The notes: a model not told the origin generated them from the letters alone. A stretch of 64,000 nt of DNA from Bacilli bacterium (GCA_045597865.1 JAZLKX010000057.1:1-64000), one strand, 5' to 3'. Counted from the first letter of the stretch, positions 1-12,272 are shown. Translations and numbers: made by a program.

Positions 1-2215
<2,215 letters not shown>

Positions 2216-2347
2216 TCATAAAATTTAATCGATTTTAAATCCGAGAAAATATACAAAGTAAAATTTGGGTTTGTTGTAAATAACTTGAGAACGTGTTTAA
2301 ATTATAGTATCTAGTTTTCAGAGATTAGTTCTCTGAAATTGAAAAAG

Positions 2348-2458
2348 TCTGGTGGTGATGGCGCGGTGGACACACCTGTTCCCATCCCGAACACAGAAGT
2401 TAAGCACCGTAGTGGCGAAGGTATCCAATTCGTTGGGGAGAATAGCGAGCTGCCGGGC
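2348..2458 (+). rRNA. rrf: 5S rRNA
   Basis: TCTGGTGGTGATGGC...CACACCTGTTCCCATCCCGAACACAGAAGTTAAGC...GAGAATAGCGAGCTGCCGGGC; follows 23S. Confidence 0.95.
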
Positions 2459-2479
2459 TTTTTCTTTTTAAGCGGATTT

Positions 2480-2488
2480 TGTTATAAT
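2480..2488 (+). promoter_or_regulatory. Extended -10 promoter (TGTTATAAT) 6 nt before the ATG; leaderless
   Basis: TGnTATAAT at 2480-2488, ATG at 2495, no SD. Confidence 0.65.
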
Positions 2489-2494
2489 ATAGTT

Positions 2495-3694
2495 ATGAAT
2501 AAAATAAATTTTATATTCCTTAGATCTAAAGTAGGCGAAAACGAGAGATTTAAGGACGCTGAGAAGGCTAAATTCCTAGTTGAGTTAAATGCTCAAGGTG
2601 ACTTTAAAATCGCGCCAGATGGCCAGGAAATTTTCTTTATAGAAACAGGTGGAACTGAAGAGCAATTTAGATACATTTATGAAGAGCATAAAGAGCCATA
2701 TTTTATCCTCGCGACAGACGCGAATAACTCACTTCCAGCAAGCCTTGAGATTGCTACTTTTTTGAAAAATAAAGGTAAGAAATTTTACCTAATTCATGGC
2801 ACTGCTAGCGAAGTCAGAGAGCAGTTAAAAACCGAGAATTTTTCAAAAAAAGTCATAAAATCAAGTGAATTCAAGGATGCAAAAATCCTAAAAAATAAAC
2901 GCTATGGAGTCGTTGGAAAACCTTCCGATTGGCTCATCGCAAGCGATACAAATTACAAAGATGCTGAAGAAAAATTAGGCGCAGTTTTAGTGGACATTTC
3001 TACTGAAGAATTTTTAGATGAAATTAAGAATGCAAAACCAGTTTTAGATCCAGTTATTTTCGAACCTCTTGTTAATGAGAAAGTTAGCAAAGAAGTTGTT
3101 GATGGTGCACTCATAATTTACGCAGCACTTAGAAACATCATTATTAAACACGATTTAGCAGGCATTACAGTGCGTTGCTTTGATTTACTTACATCTGTGA
3201 AGAACACCTCTTGTTTAGCTCTAGCAATGCTAAATAAAGATGGTTACATTGCAACATGCGAAGGTGATGTTCCTGCAATGCTTACGATGGCAATTGTTAG
3301 AGAAATTACTCATCAGAGCGCTTTCCAAGTGAACCCATCTTACATAAATATTGAAAAGAAATGTGCATTTTTTGCACATTGCACTTTACCTCTTGATATG
3401 TGTCTTTCATACGAGTTTGATACGCACTTCGAAAGCGGAATTGGACTCGGCGTAAAAGGTCGTCTAAATTTAGGAAAAGTTACCATTTTCAAGATTAATC
3501 GAAACTTAAAAAGTTTCGAACTATTCGAAGGAAAAATTGTTGAGAACCTTAAAAAGCCTAATTTATGTAGGACTCAAATTAAGGTTGAATTTGATGAAGA
3601 TATAAGCGAAATGTTTACCTCTCCAAACGGCAACCATTTGATAATTTTCTACGGTGCGCACAAGCAAGAAATTCTAGAAAAACTTACTCACTAA
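2495..3694 (+). CDS. L-fucose/L-arabinose isomerase-like protein
   Basis: Motifs ETGGTE, ITVRCFDL, CEGD, AHCT, THFES, CRTQ, GNH typical of FucI/AraA-like proteins; true start ATG 2495 (track ORF extends into 5S rRNA). Confidence 0.7.
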   Translation: MNKINFIFLRSKVGENERFKDAEKAKFLVELNAQGDFKIAPDGQEIFFIETGGTEEQFRYIYEEHKEPYFILATDANNSLPASLEIATFLKNKGKKFYLIHGTASEVREQLKTENFSKKVIKSSEFKDAKILKNKRYGVVGKPSDWLIASDTNYKDAEEKLGAVLVDISTEEFLDEIKNAKPVLDPVIFEPLVNEKVSKEVVDGALIIYAALRNIIIKHDLAGITVRCFDLLTSVKNTSCLALAMLNKDGYIATCEGDVPAMLTMAIVREITHQSAFQVNPSYINIEKKCAFFAHCTLPLDMCLSYEFDTHFESGIGLGVKGRLNLGKVTIFKINRNLKSFELFEGKIVENLKKPNLCRTQIKVEFDEDISEMFTSPNGNHLIIFYGAHKQEILEKLTH

Positions 3695-3708
3695 GAGTGA
3701 GTTTTTTT
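3686..3708 (+). terminator. Intrinsic terminator
   Basis: ACTCACT-aag-AGTGAGT plus T-run, overlapping the stop codon. Confidence 0.75.
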
Positions 3709-3769
3709 GATTTTATATTTATATTGTGTTATATTATTCGCAAGATAATTTAATTATCTTTTACAATAT

Positions 3770-4126
3770 ATGCCAGTTAATAAGCAAACAGACTTAGGAA
3801 AAATAAATATCACCAACCAAGCAATAGCAACCCTTGTAGCAGACGCTTCAATGGAATGTTATGGCGTTGTTGGTTTGACTTCAAAGAACTACTCTGAGAA
3901 AGCCTCAGCTGTTTTAAAACGTGAAGATTTAGAAAAAGGCATTGTTGTTAAAAACAATAAAACAAATATTGATATTTCAGTTTATATAATCGTAGCTGCA
4001 GGAATTAAAGTTACTGAAGTTTTACGAAATGTTCAGCAAAAAGTTAAGTATGTTGTGGGCAAACAATTAGAAATTTCCGTAGGAAAAGTTAATGTTTACG
4101 TCCAAGATCTTAAGAAGGTAGACTAA
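3770..4126 (+). CDS. Asp23/Gls24 family protein (YloU-like)
   Basis: G-I-I-A...ECYGVVG, VQ-KVKY, VNVYV motifs; upstream of DAK2 gene as in yloU-yloV. Confidence 0.9.
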   Translation: MPVNKQTDLGKINITNQAIATLVADASMECYGVVGLTSKNYSEKASAVLKREDLEKGIVVKNNKTNIDISVYIIVAAGIKVTEVLRNVQQKVKYVVGKQLEISVGKVNVYVQDLKKVD

Positions 4127-5769
4127 TGAAAACTATTAGTGCAAAACTATTGAAAGAAATGCTCATTTCAGGAGCAAATAATTTATATAATCACTATCCA
4201 GAAATTGACGCTTTAAACGTCTTCCCAGTTCCAGATGGTGATACAGGAATGAATATGAATCTTACTTTAGCAAGTGGTGCTAAAGAAATTCAAAATAGAA
4301 ATGACAGCGATGTTTATTCAATCGCTTTAGCGTTCTCTAAAGGCTTACTTATGGGCGCTAGAGGAAACTCTGGTGTTATAACTTCCCAAATCTTTAGAGG
4401 ATTTGCCCAAGCTTTAGAAGGCAAGAAAACAATTAATGCACAAGCATTCGCAGACGCATTCCAAAAAGGTGCAGAGGTTGCTTATAAAGCAGTTATGAGA
4501 CCTGTTGAAGGAACAATCCTCACAGTCATTCGTGAATCTTCAAGCGCCCTCGCAGGCAACGTAAACGAAGACATTGAAAAGTCTATGAAGTATCTCCTTA
4601 GCGAAGCTAAAGCTTCATTAAAACGTACTCCAGACTTACTTCCAGTCTTAAAAGAAGTTGGCGTTGTTGACTCAGGCGGTGCTGGTTTAGTTAAGATTAT
4701 GGAAGGTTTACTCTCAGGCTTACAAGGCAAGTTCATTGAGAAGAAAGAAATCTCTGCAGAATCAGTTGATGCTTCTGCTCAACAAGCTGTCGAATCAGAT
4801 GAATTTGGTTATTGTACTGAATTCATTCTCCGTCTTGATCCAGAGAACAAGAAACCATTTATTGAAAATAGATTTAAATCAGTGCTTCAAAGCCATGGCA
4901 ACTCACTTGTAGTTGTCCATGATGATGACATTGTCAAAGTCCACGTTCATACACTTCATCCAGGCGCTGTATTGACTTATGGTCAATCATTCGGTGAATT
5001 CGTCAAAATTAAAGTTGAGAATATGACCGAACAACATACAGCCTTAATGGAAGAAAAAGCTCAAGCTGAAGAAGCTCCAGCAGAAGAAGAAAAATTTGAA
5101 CCACAAAATGATGTTGGCCTAGTCGCTGTTGCAGCAGGTAAAGGTGTCGCAGACGCATTTACAGAGCTTGGCGTTAACGAAATCATTACTGGTGGTCAAA
5201 CAATGAACCCGTCAATTAATGATATTGTTGCAGCCATCAAGAAAGCAAATGCAAAAACAGTCTTTATTTTCCCAAATAACTCAAACATTGTTATGGCAGC
5301 TCTTCAAGCAAAAGATGTTCTCCATGATGAAGTTGAAGTTATCGTTATTTCATCAAAAACAATACCTGAAGGTATTGCAGCAGTCTCACAATTCTCTCCA
5401 GATCTTTCAAATGACGAGAACGTCAAGAACATGAAAGAAGTTCTCAAAAATATTACTTCTGGCGAAATTACTTACGCTGTTAAGGATACAAATATCGGTG
5501 GTGTTGAAATCAAGAAAAACAACTACATGGCAATTATGAAAAAGAAAATCATTTGCTGTGAAACTAAATCTGATAGAGCACTTGAAAAGATGCTCAAGAA
5601 AGCAATTAAAGAAGACAATTATCTCGCAACAATCTTCGTTGGAGAATCTGTCTCAGATAAAGTTCTTAAAGAACTTAAAGAAGAACTTCCAGAAACCTAT
5701 CCAAATATCGAATTTGATATTAGACGTGGTGATCAGCCAGTTTACGACTTCCTCGTCGGTATTGAATAA
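4126..5769 (+). CDS. fakA: DAK2-domain fatty acid kinase catalytic subunit (YloV/FakA)
   Basis: LNVFPVPDGDTG, GARGNSGVI, PVEGTILTV, VVDSGG, YCTEF, KVHVHT, GGQTMNPS. Confidence 0.93.
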   Translation: MKTISAKLLKEMLISGANNLYNHYPEIDALNVFPVPDGDTGMNMNLTLASGAKEIQNRNDSDVYSIALAFSKGLLMGARGNSGVITSQIFRGFAQALEGKKTINAQAFADAFQKGAEVAYKAVMRPVEGTILTVIRESSSALAGNVNEDIEKSMKYLLSEAKASLKRTPDLLPVLKEVGVVDSGGAGLVKIMEGLLSGLQGKFIEKKEISAESVDASAQQAVESDEFGYCTEFILRLDPENKKPFIENRFKSVLQSHGNSLVVVHDDDIVKVHVHTLHPGAVLTYGQSFGEFVKIKVENMTEQHTALMEEKAQAEEAPAEEEKFEPQNDVGLVAVAAGKGVADAFTELGVNEIITGGQTMNPSINDIVAAIKKANAKTVFIFPNNSNIVMAALQAKDVLHDEVEVIVISSKTIPEGIAAVSQFSPDLSNDENVKNMKEVLKNITSGEITYAVKDTNIGGVEIKKNNYMAIMKKKIICCETKSDRALEKMLKKAIKEDNYLATIFVGESVSDKVLKELKEELPETYPNIEFDIRRGDQPVYDFLVGIE

Positions 5770-5780
5770 AAACAAAAATG

Positions 5781-5804
5781 AGCCATCCTTTGGATGGCTT
5801 TTTT
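5781..5804 (+). terminator. Intrinsic terminator
   Basis: AGCCATCC-ttt-GGATGGCT plus T-run. Confidence 0.85.
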
Positions 5805-5902
5805 ATTGCGCATTTTCAAATAAAGTTATCAAGAAATAAACATATAATGTTTTTATAGTGATATTTATTTTTGTATGCTACAATACGTGCGGAGGTTTTA
5901 TT

Positions 5903-6871
5903 ATGGTCAAACTAGTTATTGATATGATGGGCGGCGACAATGGTTCTTATGCAACCGTTGGTGGCGTAAAGAAGTTTTTAGCATCACACAAAGATTGTGA
6001 AATCATTGCAGTTGGTGATGAAAACGAACTTGATTCAATTAGAGACATTGTTAAAATCATCCCTTCACAAAGCGTACTCCCAATGGAATGCGGAGTTTTG
6101 CAAGCTATGAGACAAAAAGATTCAAGTGTCTACAAAGCTGTTAGTGCTGTTAACGAAGAGAAAGCAGATGGAGTTATTTCTGCCGGATCTACTGGTGCGT
6201 TCCTTTCGTTAGCCACATTAATCACTAAAAAGATTGAAGGTGTTGAAAGACCAGCTTTAATAAGTCCATTTCCTACTAAAGTAGCAGGAAAATATGCAGT
6301 CTTATTAGATATTGGCGCTTCAAGTGAAAACTCACCTGAAGATTTAAAACAATTTGCTGTCATGGGCCAAGCTTACTGCAAAGCAGTATTTGGAAATGAA
6401 AACCCAAAGACCTATCTTATTTGTAACGGTACAGAAGAAGGCAAAGGCAATGACCTTTCAAAGAGAACTTACGCTCTTCTAAAAGATGATCCAAATTTCA
6501 AAGGTTATATTGAAGGACGTCATGTTTTAGATGGTGATGCTGATGTAGTTGTTTTTGATGGATTTACAGGAAACGTATTCCTCAAGACTGCTGAAGGCGT
6601 TGCTAAGATGATGGGTGGAATGATGAAAGATGCCTTTAAACATAGTTTATGTACCAAAATTGGCTACTTATTTGCAAGACGCGGATTCAAACCAATGCTT
6701 AAAACCATGGACTACAAGAAAGTCGGTGGCGCATTACTCGTCGGTGTAAACACCGTTGCAGTCAAAGCACATGGTAATTCTGATCCAGATTCATTTGCCG
6801 CTTCTATAGAAGTTGCATACAAACTTTGCAAAAATAATGTAGTTAACAAGATCAAAGAAAATTTAAAATGA
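5903..6871 (+). CDS. plsX: Phosphate acyltransferase PlsX
   Basis: DMMGGD, SAGSTGA, IEGVERPAL, GTEEGKG, DGFTGNV-LK-EG, KAHG; SD GGAGG before ATG 5903. Confidence 0.95.
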   Translation: MVKLVIDMMGGDNGSYATVGGVKKFLASHKDCEIIAVGDENELDSIRDIVKIIPSQSVLPMECGVLQAMRQKDSSVYKAVSAVNEEKADGVISAGSTGAFLSLATLITKKIEGVERPALISPFPTKVAGKYAVLLDIGASSENSPEDLKQFAVMGQAYCKAVFGNENPKTYLICNGTEEGKGNDLSKRTYALLKDDPNFKGYIEGRHVLDGDADVVVFDGFTGNVFLKTAEGVAKMMGGMMKDAFKHSLCTKIGYLFARRGFKPMLKTMDYKKVGGALLVGVNTVAVKAHGNSDPDSFAASIEVAYKLCKNNVVNKIKENLK

Positions 6872-7551
6872 AAGAATTAAAAGATTTATTTGAAAAGTTA
6901 GGAATTACTCCAAAGCACGTAGCTCTCTACGAGCAAGCTTTTACACACTCATCTTACAATGCTGATGCAAACACAAAGCATCACGATTATGAAAGACTTG
7001 AGTTCTTGGGTGATGCTGTTATCGATTGCGTTGTTGGGGAAATGGTTTTTGTCGCAAGACCAGAGCTAGATCAAGGTCCTTTAACAAAGTTAAGAGCAGC
7101 ACTTGTTTCAACACAAGGTTTATCTGAAATCTCAAGAACAATGGGACTTTATGAGTACATTCGCTTAGGAAATTCATTCTCAGGTGATATTAAACAAGCA
7201 AATCACATTTTAGAAGATGTTTTTGAATCATTTATTGGTGCAATGTATCTTGATCAGGGATTTGCAAAAACAAGAGGCTTTTTAGCAGATTTATTCATTG
7301 ATTCTGTTAAAAACTTTGATGTCGATTCATTAACTGACTATAAGTCAAAGTTACAAGAAGAGATTCAAAGTGAACATAGAGAGTCAGTTTCATATGAACT
7401 TGTTTCAGAAGAAGGACCAGCTCACGATAGAACTTACACTATCAAAGTAGTGTTCGACGGAATTGAAATGGGAACGGGAACTGGAAAGACAAAGCAACAA
7501 GCAGAACAAATGGCTGCAAAAGAAGCATTACAAAAGGAAGCTAGAAAATAA
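6868..7551 (+). CDS. rnc: Ribonuclease III
   Basis: ERLEFLGDAV signature, DVFESFIGA, C-terminal dsRBD (DYKSKLQE...AEQMAA). Confidence 0.97.
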   Translation: MKELKDLFEKLGITPKHVALYEQAFTHSSYNADANTKHHDYERLEFLGDAVIDCVVGEMVFVARPELDQGPLTKLRAALVSTQGLSEISRTMGLYEYIRLGNSFSGDIKQANHILEDVFESFIGAMYLDQGFAKTRGFLADLFIDSVKNFDVDSLTDYKSKLQEEIQSEHRESVSYELVSEEGPAHDRTYTIKVVFDGIEMGTGTGKTKQQAEQMAAKEALQKEARK

Positions 7552-8756
7552 TGGGTTTATTTAAGTTTTTAAAAGAAAAGTTTGGCAAAAAGCATCAAGA
7601 AACCGAAACTACTGAAGAAGAAGTTAAGGTTGAAACTTTAAGCGAGCCAGAACAACCTGAAGTAAAGGAAGAACCTGCTCCAGTCGTTTTAGAAACCAAA
7701 CCTGTTGAAGAAACCTTGGAAGAAAAGCCAGTTGTAGTGGAGCAACCCAAGGTTGAGGAGATTAAAAAACCAGAACCAGCTCCTAAAAAAGAAAAGAAAC
7801 CAGCAAAAGTAGAAGAGGCTAAAAAGACCGAGACGTACGTTAAAGGCATGGAAAAGTCTCGTGAAAACTTTGCTGCAAAGATAGAAAAACTTTCTAAGAA
7901 ATACAAAAAGGTTAATCAAGAATACTTCGAACAACTTGAAGAAATTCTTATTGAAGCCGATGTTGGCGTTAATTTAACTCTAAAGGTTATTGATGAAGTT
8001 GTTGCTCAAAGCAAGGCAAAGAAGATTGATGATGCTGAAGAAATTAATGAATTAGTTATTGATAACCTTTTCGAGGGCTACATGAATAGCGGAGAAAAGG
8101 TTGGTAATGATGTTAGATTTCAAAGCGAAGGCACAACAGTTCTTTTAGTTGCTGGTGTTAATGGTGTTGGTAAAACTACAACAATTGCTAAATTAGCAAA
8201 TCGTTATATTAAACAAGGCAAGAAAGTTATGCTTTGCGCTGCTGATACATTTAGAGCCGGCGCAATTGAACAACTCTCAATTTGGGCCGAAAGACTTGGT
8301 TGTCCTATCGTTGTGGGTAAACCAGAGTCCGATCCAGCATCAGTTGCTTTCGAAGGTGCTAGACGCGCAAAACAAGAAGACATTGATTTGCTTATCGTTG
8401 ACACAGCCGGAAGACTTCAAAATAAGATCAATTTAATGAATGAATTGGCGAAAATTTCTAGGGTTATTTCTAAGGAAATCCCTAATTCTCCACATGAAGT
8501 TTTCTTGGTTATTGACGCAACTACAGGACAAAACGGTGTAGTTCAAGCAAAACAGTTCTTAGATTGCATAAAATTGACCGGAATTGTTATTACAAAAATG
8601 GATGGAACAAGTAAGGGCGGAATCATTTTAGCAATCCGTGATGAACTCGGTATTCCTGTAAGGTTTATTGGTCTTGGAGAGAAAATGGATGACCTCCAAG
8701 AATTTGATTTAGAAAAGTATTTAGTTGGATTACTTATTGGAGAGGTAAATGAATAA
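7551..8756 (+). CDS. ftsY: SRP receptor FtsY with acidic, Pro-rich N-terminal region
   Basis: GVNGVGKTTT, DTFRAGA, DTAGRLQNK, DATTGQNG, TKMDG, GLGEKMDDL. Confidence 0.97.
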   Translation: MGLFKFLKEKFGKKHQETETTEEEVKVETLSEPEQPEVKEEPAPVVLETKPVEETLEEKPVVVEQPKVEEIKKPEPAPKKEKKPAKVEEAKKTETYVKGMEKSRENFAAKIEKLSKKYKKVNQEYFEQLEEILIEADVGVNLTLKVIDEVVAQSKAKKIDDAEEINELVIDNLFEGYMNSGEKVGNDVRFQSEGTTVLLVAGVNGVGKTTTIAKLANRYIKQGKKVMLCAADTFRAGAIEQLSIWAERLGCPIVVGKPESDPASVAFEGARRAKQEDIDLLIVDTAGRLQNKINLMNELAKISRVISKEIPNSPHEVFLVIDATTGQNGVVQAKQFLDCIKLTGIVITKMDGTSKGGIILAIRDELGIPVRFIGLGEKMDDLQEFDLEKYLVGLLIGEVNE

Positions 8757-9051
8757 CGTTGAGAAGACAAATCAAATCAATAGATTGCTCGACATTTATG
8801 GTCGTCTTTTGACTAAACCTCAATACGAAATTATGTCTGATTATTACTATTGTGACTTGTCATTAAGCGAGATTTCTGAGCTTAGAAAAATTTCTAGAAC
8901 AGCAGTCTCAGACGCTATCAAAACAGCCACTAAGAAATTGAAAAATTATGAAGAAAAAGTGGGGATTTGCAGGGTTTTTGATAAAAATACCACTGAAAAC
9001 TCCAGTGAAATTATTAAGAAGATAGAAGAGGAAATTAAGAATGGCATTTGA
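8749..9051 (+). CDS. ylxM: YlxM (UPF0122) SRP-associated HTH protein
   Basis: LLDIYG-LLT-Q...YY-DLSLSEI...SR-AV-D; located between ftsY and ffh. Confidence 0.92.
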   Translation: MNNVEKTNQINRLLDIYGRLLTKPQYEIMSDYYYCDLSLSEISELRKISRTAVSDAIKTATKKLKNYEEKVGICRVFDKNTTENSSEIIKKIEEEIKNGI

Positions 9052-10405
9052 ATCTTTAACTGAAAAATTCCAACGCATCCTTAAGAAAGTTCGCGGACAA
9101 TCTAGACTTACTGAATCTAACATGGATGACATGCTTAGAGAAGTTCGTGTAGCACTCTTAGAAGCTGATGTTAATTTTAAGGTTGTTAAGACCTTTATTG
9201 AGCATATCAAAGAGAAGGCTCTTGGTGCTGAAGTTTACACCAAATTAAATCCTTCTCAAATGGTTGTCAAAATTGTTCATGATGAGTTAGTAGAACTCCT
9301 TGGTTCAGGCGATTCAGAACTTAAATTTGAAGCACATAAACCAACCATCATCATGTTAGTAGGTTTACAAGGTACAGGTAAGACAACATCTGCTGGTAAA
9401 TTAGCTTATTTGATGAAGAATAAGATGAACAAAAAGGTTCTTCTTGCCGCAGGCGATGTTTATCGTCCGGCTGCTATTGATCAATTAGAGCAAATTGGTA
9501 AATCAATTGATGTTCCTGTTTTAGCAATGGGCACTGAAATTTCACCAGTTGAAATTGCAAAGAAAGCAAAAGAAAAAGCATACAACGAACACTTTGATGT
9601 TCTTATTATTGATACTGCTGGTCGTTTATCTATTGATGAGCCATTAATGAAAGAACTTAATGACATTACTGATGCAGTTCATCCAAATGAAACATTGCTT
9701 TTAGTTGATGCAATGTCTGGTCAAGATGCAATTAACGTTGCAAATGCATTCCATAGCGCACTTAATCTTACCGGTATCATTATGTCAAAACTTGATGGTG
9801 ATGCACGTGGTGGTTCGTCTTTATCTATTAAACACTTAACTGGTATTCCAATTAAATTTGCTGGCGTTGGTGAAAAAGTTAGTGACTTAGATGTTTTCCA
9901 TCCAGATAGAATGGCAGACAGAATTCTTGGAATGGGTGACGTTGTTACTCTTGCAGAAAAAGTACAAGAAGAAATTGATGAAAAAGAAGCCGCTAGAGAA
10001 GCCAACAAGATGATGGAAGGTAAGTTTACACTTGATGATCTTGTTAAAAATATGAAACGTATTCAAAGAATGGGTTCTTTAGGCGGATTACTTAAACTTA
10101 TTCCTGGTATGCCAACTCTTACAGATGAACAAAAGGAACAAGGCGAAAAAGAAATGAAAGTCATGGAAGCAATTATTAGTTCTATGACCCCGTACGAAAG
10201 AGCACACCCTGAAGTATTAAAGAACTCTCGTAAAGTCAGAATTGCAAAAGGATGTGGCAAGACAAATGCTGATATCAATAGACTTCTTAAGAAGTATGAA
10301 CAAATGCAAGAAATGATGAAGAGAATGCAGCAATATAAAAAGACTGGACGTATGCCTCCTGGTGGTATGGGATTACCTCCTGGAATGGGTGGTGGAATGT
10401 TCTAG
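9041..10405 (+). CDS. ffh: Signal recognition particle protein Ffh
   Basis: MAFESL, ALLEADV, GLQGTGKTT, DVYRPAA, DTAGR, FHPDRMADRILGMGD, Met-rich M domain. Confidence 0.98.
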   Translation: MAFESLTEKFQRILKKVRGQSRLTESNMDDMLREVRVALLEADVNFKVVKTFIEHIKEKALGAEVYTKLNPSQMVVKIVHDELVELLGSGDSELKFEAHKPTIIMLVGLQGTGKTTSAGKLAYLMKNKMNKKVLLAAGDVYRPAAIDQLEQIGKSIDVPVLAMGTEISPVEIAKKAKEKAYNEHFDVLIIDTAGRLSIDEPLMKELNDITDAVHPNETLLLVDAMSGQDAINVANAFHSALNLTGIIMSKLDGDARGGSSLSIKHLTGIPIKFAGVGEKVSDLDVFHPDRMADRILGMGDVVTLAEKVQEEIDEKEAAREANKMMEGKFTLDDLVKNMKRIQRMGSLGGLLKLIPGMPTLTDEQKEQGEKEMKVMEAIISSMTPYERAHPEVLKNSRKVRIAKGCGKTNADINRLLKKYEQMQEMMKRMQQYKKTGRMPPGGMGLPPGMGGGMF

Positions 10406-10431
10406 AAAAAAAGCTCCGCGATGGAGCTTTT
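10406..10431. terminator. Bidirectional intrinsic terminator between convergent ffh and trmD
   Basis: A-run, AGCTCC-gcgat-GGAGCT, T-run. Confidence 0.8.
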
Positions 10432-11203
10432 ATTTTGTGAATTTTTTGCTTTTGTTTAAGGCGTCTTCTAACCACTTTGGATTATCATCATTTTGGTCTA
10501 ATTCTTGAACCAATTTTTTATCTTGTTTTGTAAGCTCGTGTTTGGCATACAAATCAGGACGATATTCCCTGGTTATTTTGAGCGATTCTTTTCTTCTAAA
10601 TTTCTCAATAGCAGTGTGATTTCCAGTGTAGAGAATATCAGGCACTTTATGGCCATCAAAATCCTTAGGCTCAGTGTATTGAGGATACTCTAGAAGGTTA
10701 TCGTTGAATGATTCTTCATCAAGTGAAACATCAGTGATTGCTCCATCTTGAAGTCTAATGATTGAATCTGCAATTGCCATTGCTCCAATCTCTCCGCCGG
10801 TTAAAACATAATCGCCGATTGAGATGGTTTCATCAATGTAATTATTAACCCTTTCATCGACCCCTTCATAGTGTCCGCAAACTAAGACAATTTCGTTTAA
10901 TTTTGCAAATTTCACCGCAAATTCCTGGGTAAATTGCTTTCCACGAGGCGAAAGAAGAATCTTTCTTGCACCTTCAGACGCATTTGCTTTTAAGGCATCA
11001 ACAATTGGCTGGCATTTCATGATCAAACCAGCGCCTCCTCCTACTGGTGGAGTATCAACGCGACCGTACTTATCGAGTGTGTAATCACGAATATTTACAA
11101 TGTTAACTTCAACAACTTTCTTTCCAATTGCACGCTTAATAATCGAGTTCGTTAAGAACCCGTCAAACATTTCTGGAAATAAGGTTAAAATAGTTATTTT
11201 CAT
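10430..11203 (-). CDS. trmD: tRNA (guanine37-N1)-methyltransferase
   Basis: LTLFPEMF, CGHYEGVDER, SIGDYVLTGGE, LEYPQYT. Confidence 0.97.
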   Translation of the reverse strand: MKITILTLFPEMFDGFLTNSIIKRAIGKKVVEVNIVNIRDYTLDKYGRVDTPPVGGGAGLIMKCQPIVDALKANASEGARKILLSPRGKQFTQEFAVKFAKLNEIVLVCGHYEGVDERVNNYIDETISIGDYVLTGGEIGAMAIADSIIRLQDGAITDVSLDEESFNDNLLEYPQYTEPKDFDGHKVPDILYTGNHTAIEKFRRKESLKITREYRPDLYAKHELTKQDKKLVQELDQNDDNPKWLEDALNKSKKFTK

Positions 11204-11706
11204 AGTAAACCTTCAATGTAATTAACAATAATTTTCTTATCTTCAAGCGAAACGCATTTTATGAATGCTTGAACGAAGGGAATTAACGCATCTTTTTCGG
11301 ATGTTTTTACCCTTAAAGTTGCATATGAATTATACTCCTCAACTTTGATAACTTTTCCGATAGGTTTTCCGTTATCAAATTCGCAGTTCATGCCCACTAA
11401 ATCTGAGTAGAAAAATTCGCCGTTTTTGAGAAACTTTTGATCCTTCTCGACACAAAGAAATTTATGATTAATTTTCTCTGCTTCTTCGATAGTTGATATT
11501 TCCTCAAAAATTAGGTTATCGCAATCGCCATTTGTACGATGAAGTTTGATGGTTAATTCGCGTTCAACTTCATTCTTATCATTTAAAAGAAAAACGCGAC
11601 TTCCTTTTGAAAAACGGGTGTCGCGAAAATGAGTAGAGGGATAAATTTTAACTTCACCTTTAAGGCCGATTGTTCTAACAATTTGACCTACAGTAAGAAA
11701 TTCCAT
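11200..11706 (-). CDS. rimM: 16S rRNA processing protein RimM
   Basis: VGQIV-T-GLKGEVKI, EFFYSDLVG, LIPFV...V, GLL C-terminus. Confidence 0.93.
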   Translation of the reverse strand: MEFLTVGQIVRTIGLKGEVKIYPSTHFRDTRFSKGSRVFLLNDKNEVERELTIKLHRTNGDCDNLIFEEISTIEEAEKINHKFLCVEKDQKFLKNGEFFYSDLVGMNCEFDNGKPIGKVIKVEEYNSYATLRVKTSEKDALIPFVQAFIKCVSLEDKKIIVNYIEGLL

Positions 11707-11708
11707 GC

Positions 11709-11969
11709 TTATTTATTTTCTTCTTCGAATGATTCGAATTTTAAATGAATATGTTTTCCTTCATTTTTACCGGTAACAGAGATGATTTCTCTTAAAGCGT
11801 TTGCAACGCTTCCTTTTTTACCGATTAATCTGGCTGTGTCTTCGCCTTCTGTACAAATGAGAAGGACAACGTCCTTTTCATTATCAGATGGCATTTCACG
11901 AACCATTAAAGCATCAGGATTAATTAAGAAAGGATCAACAATTGTATGAATGATCTTCTCGTAGTCCAT
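11709..11969 (-). CDS. khpA: KH-domain RNA-binding protein KhpA (YlqC)
   Basis: D-ARLIGKKG-V-ALR KH GxxG loop; located between rpsP and rimM. Confidence 0.88.
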   Translation of the reverse strand: MDYEKIIHTIVDPFLINPDALMVREMPSDNEKDVVLLICTEGEDTARLIGKKGSVANALREIISVTGKNEGKHIHLKFESFEEENK

Positions 11970-12244
11970 TATTTTGCTTCCTTTTTAGCTTTGTTATACT
12001 TTTCCATTAAGCCCTTCTTTGTGAAGAGTGTACGGATTGAATCAGATGGAGTAGCACCTTTTAAGAGCCATTTTAATGCTAATTCTTCATTAATTTCTGC
12101 TGCTTCTTCTGGTTTTGCTGGATCATAAAATCCAATTTGTTCAACGTAACGTCCGTCTCTTGCGCTTCTTGAATCTGCAACAACGACACGGTAGATGGCG
12201 TCTTTATGACGGCCGATTCTGGTAAGTCTAATTTTAACTGACAT
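11969..12244 (-). CDS. rpsP: 30S ribosomal protein S16
   Basis: [37 protein letters not shown]. Confidence 0.98.
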   Translation of the reverse strand: MSVKIRLTRIGRHKDAIYRVVVADSRSARDGRYVEQIGFYDPAKPEEAAEINEELALKWLLKGATPSDSIRTLFTKKGLMEKYNKAKKEAK

Positions 12245-12272
12245 AGTAGTAATCTCCTTTTTACCGCTATCT

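Noticed and set aside
2339-2494. N-terminal extension of the 451-aa ORF
   Set aside because: It overlaps the 5S rRNA; the promoter and ATG at 2495 give the real start.
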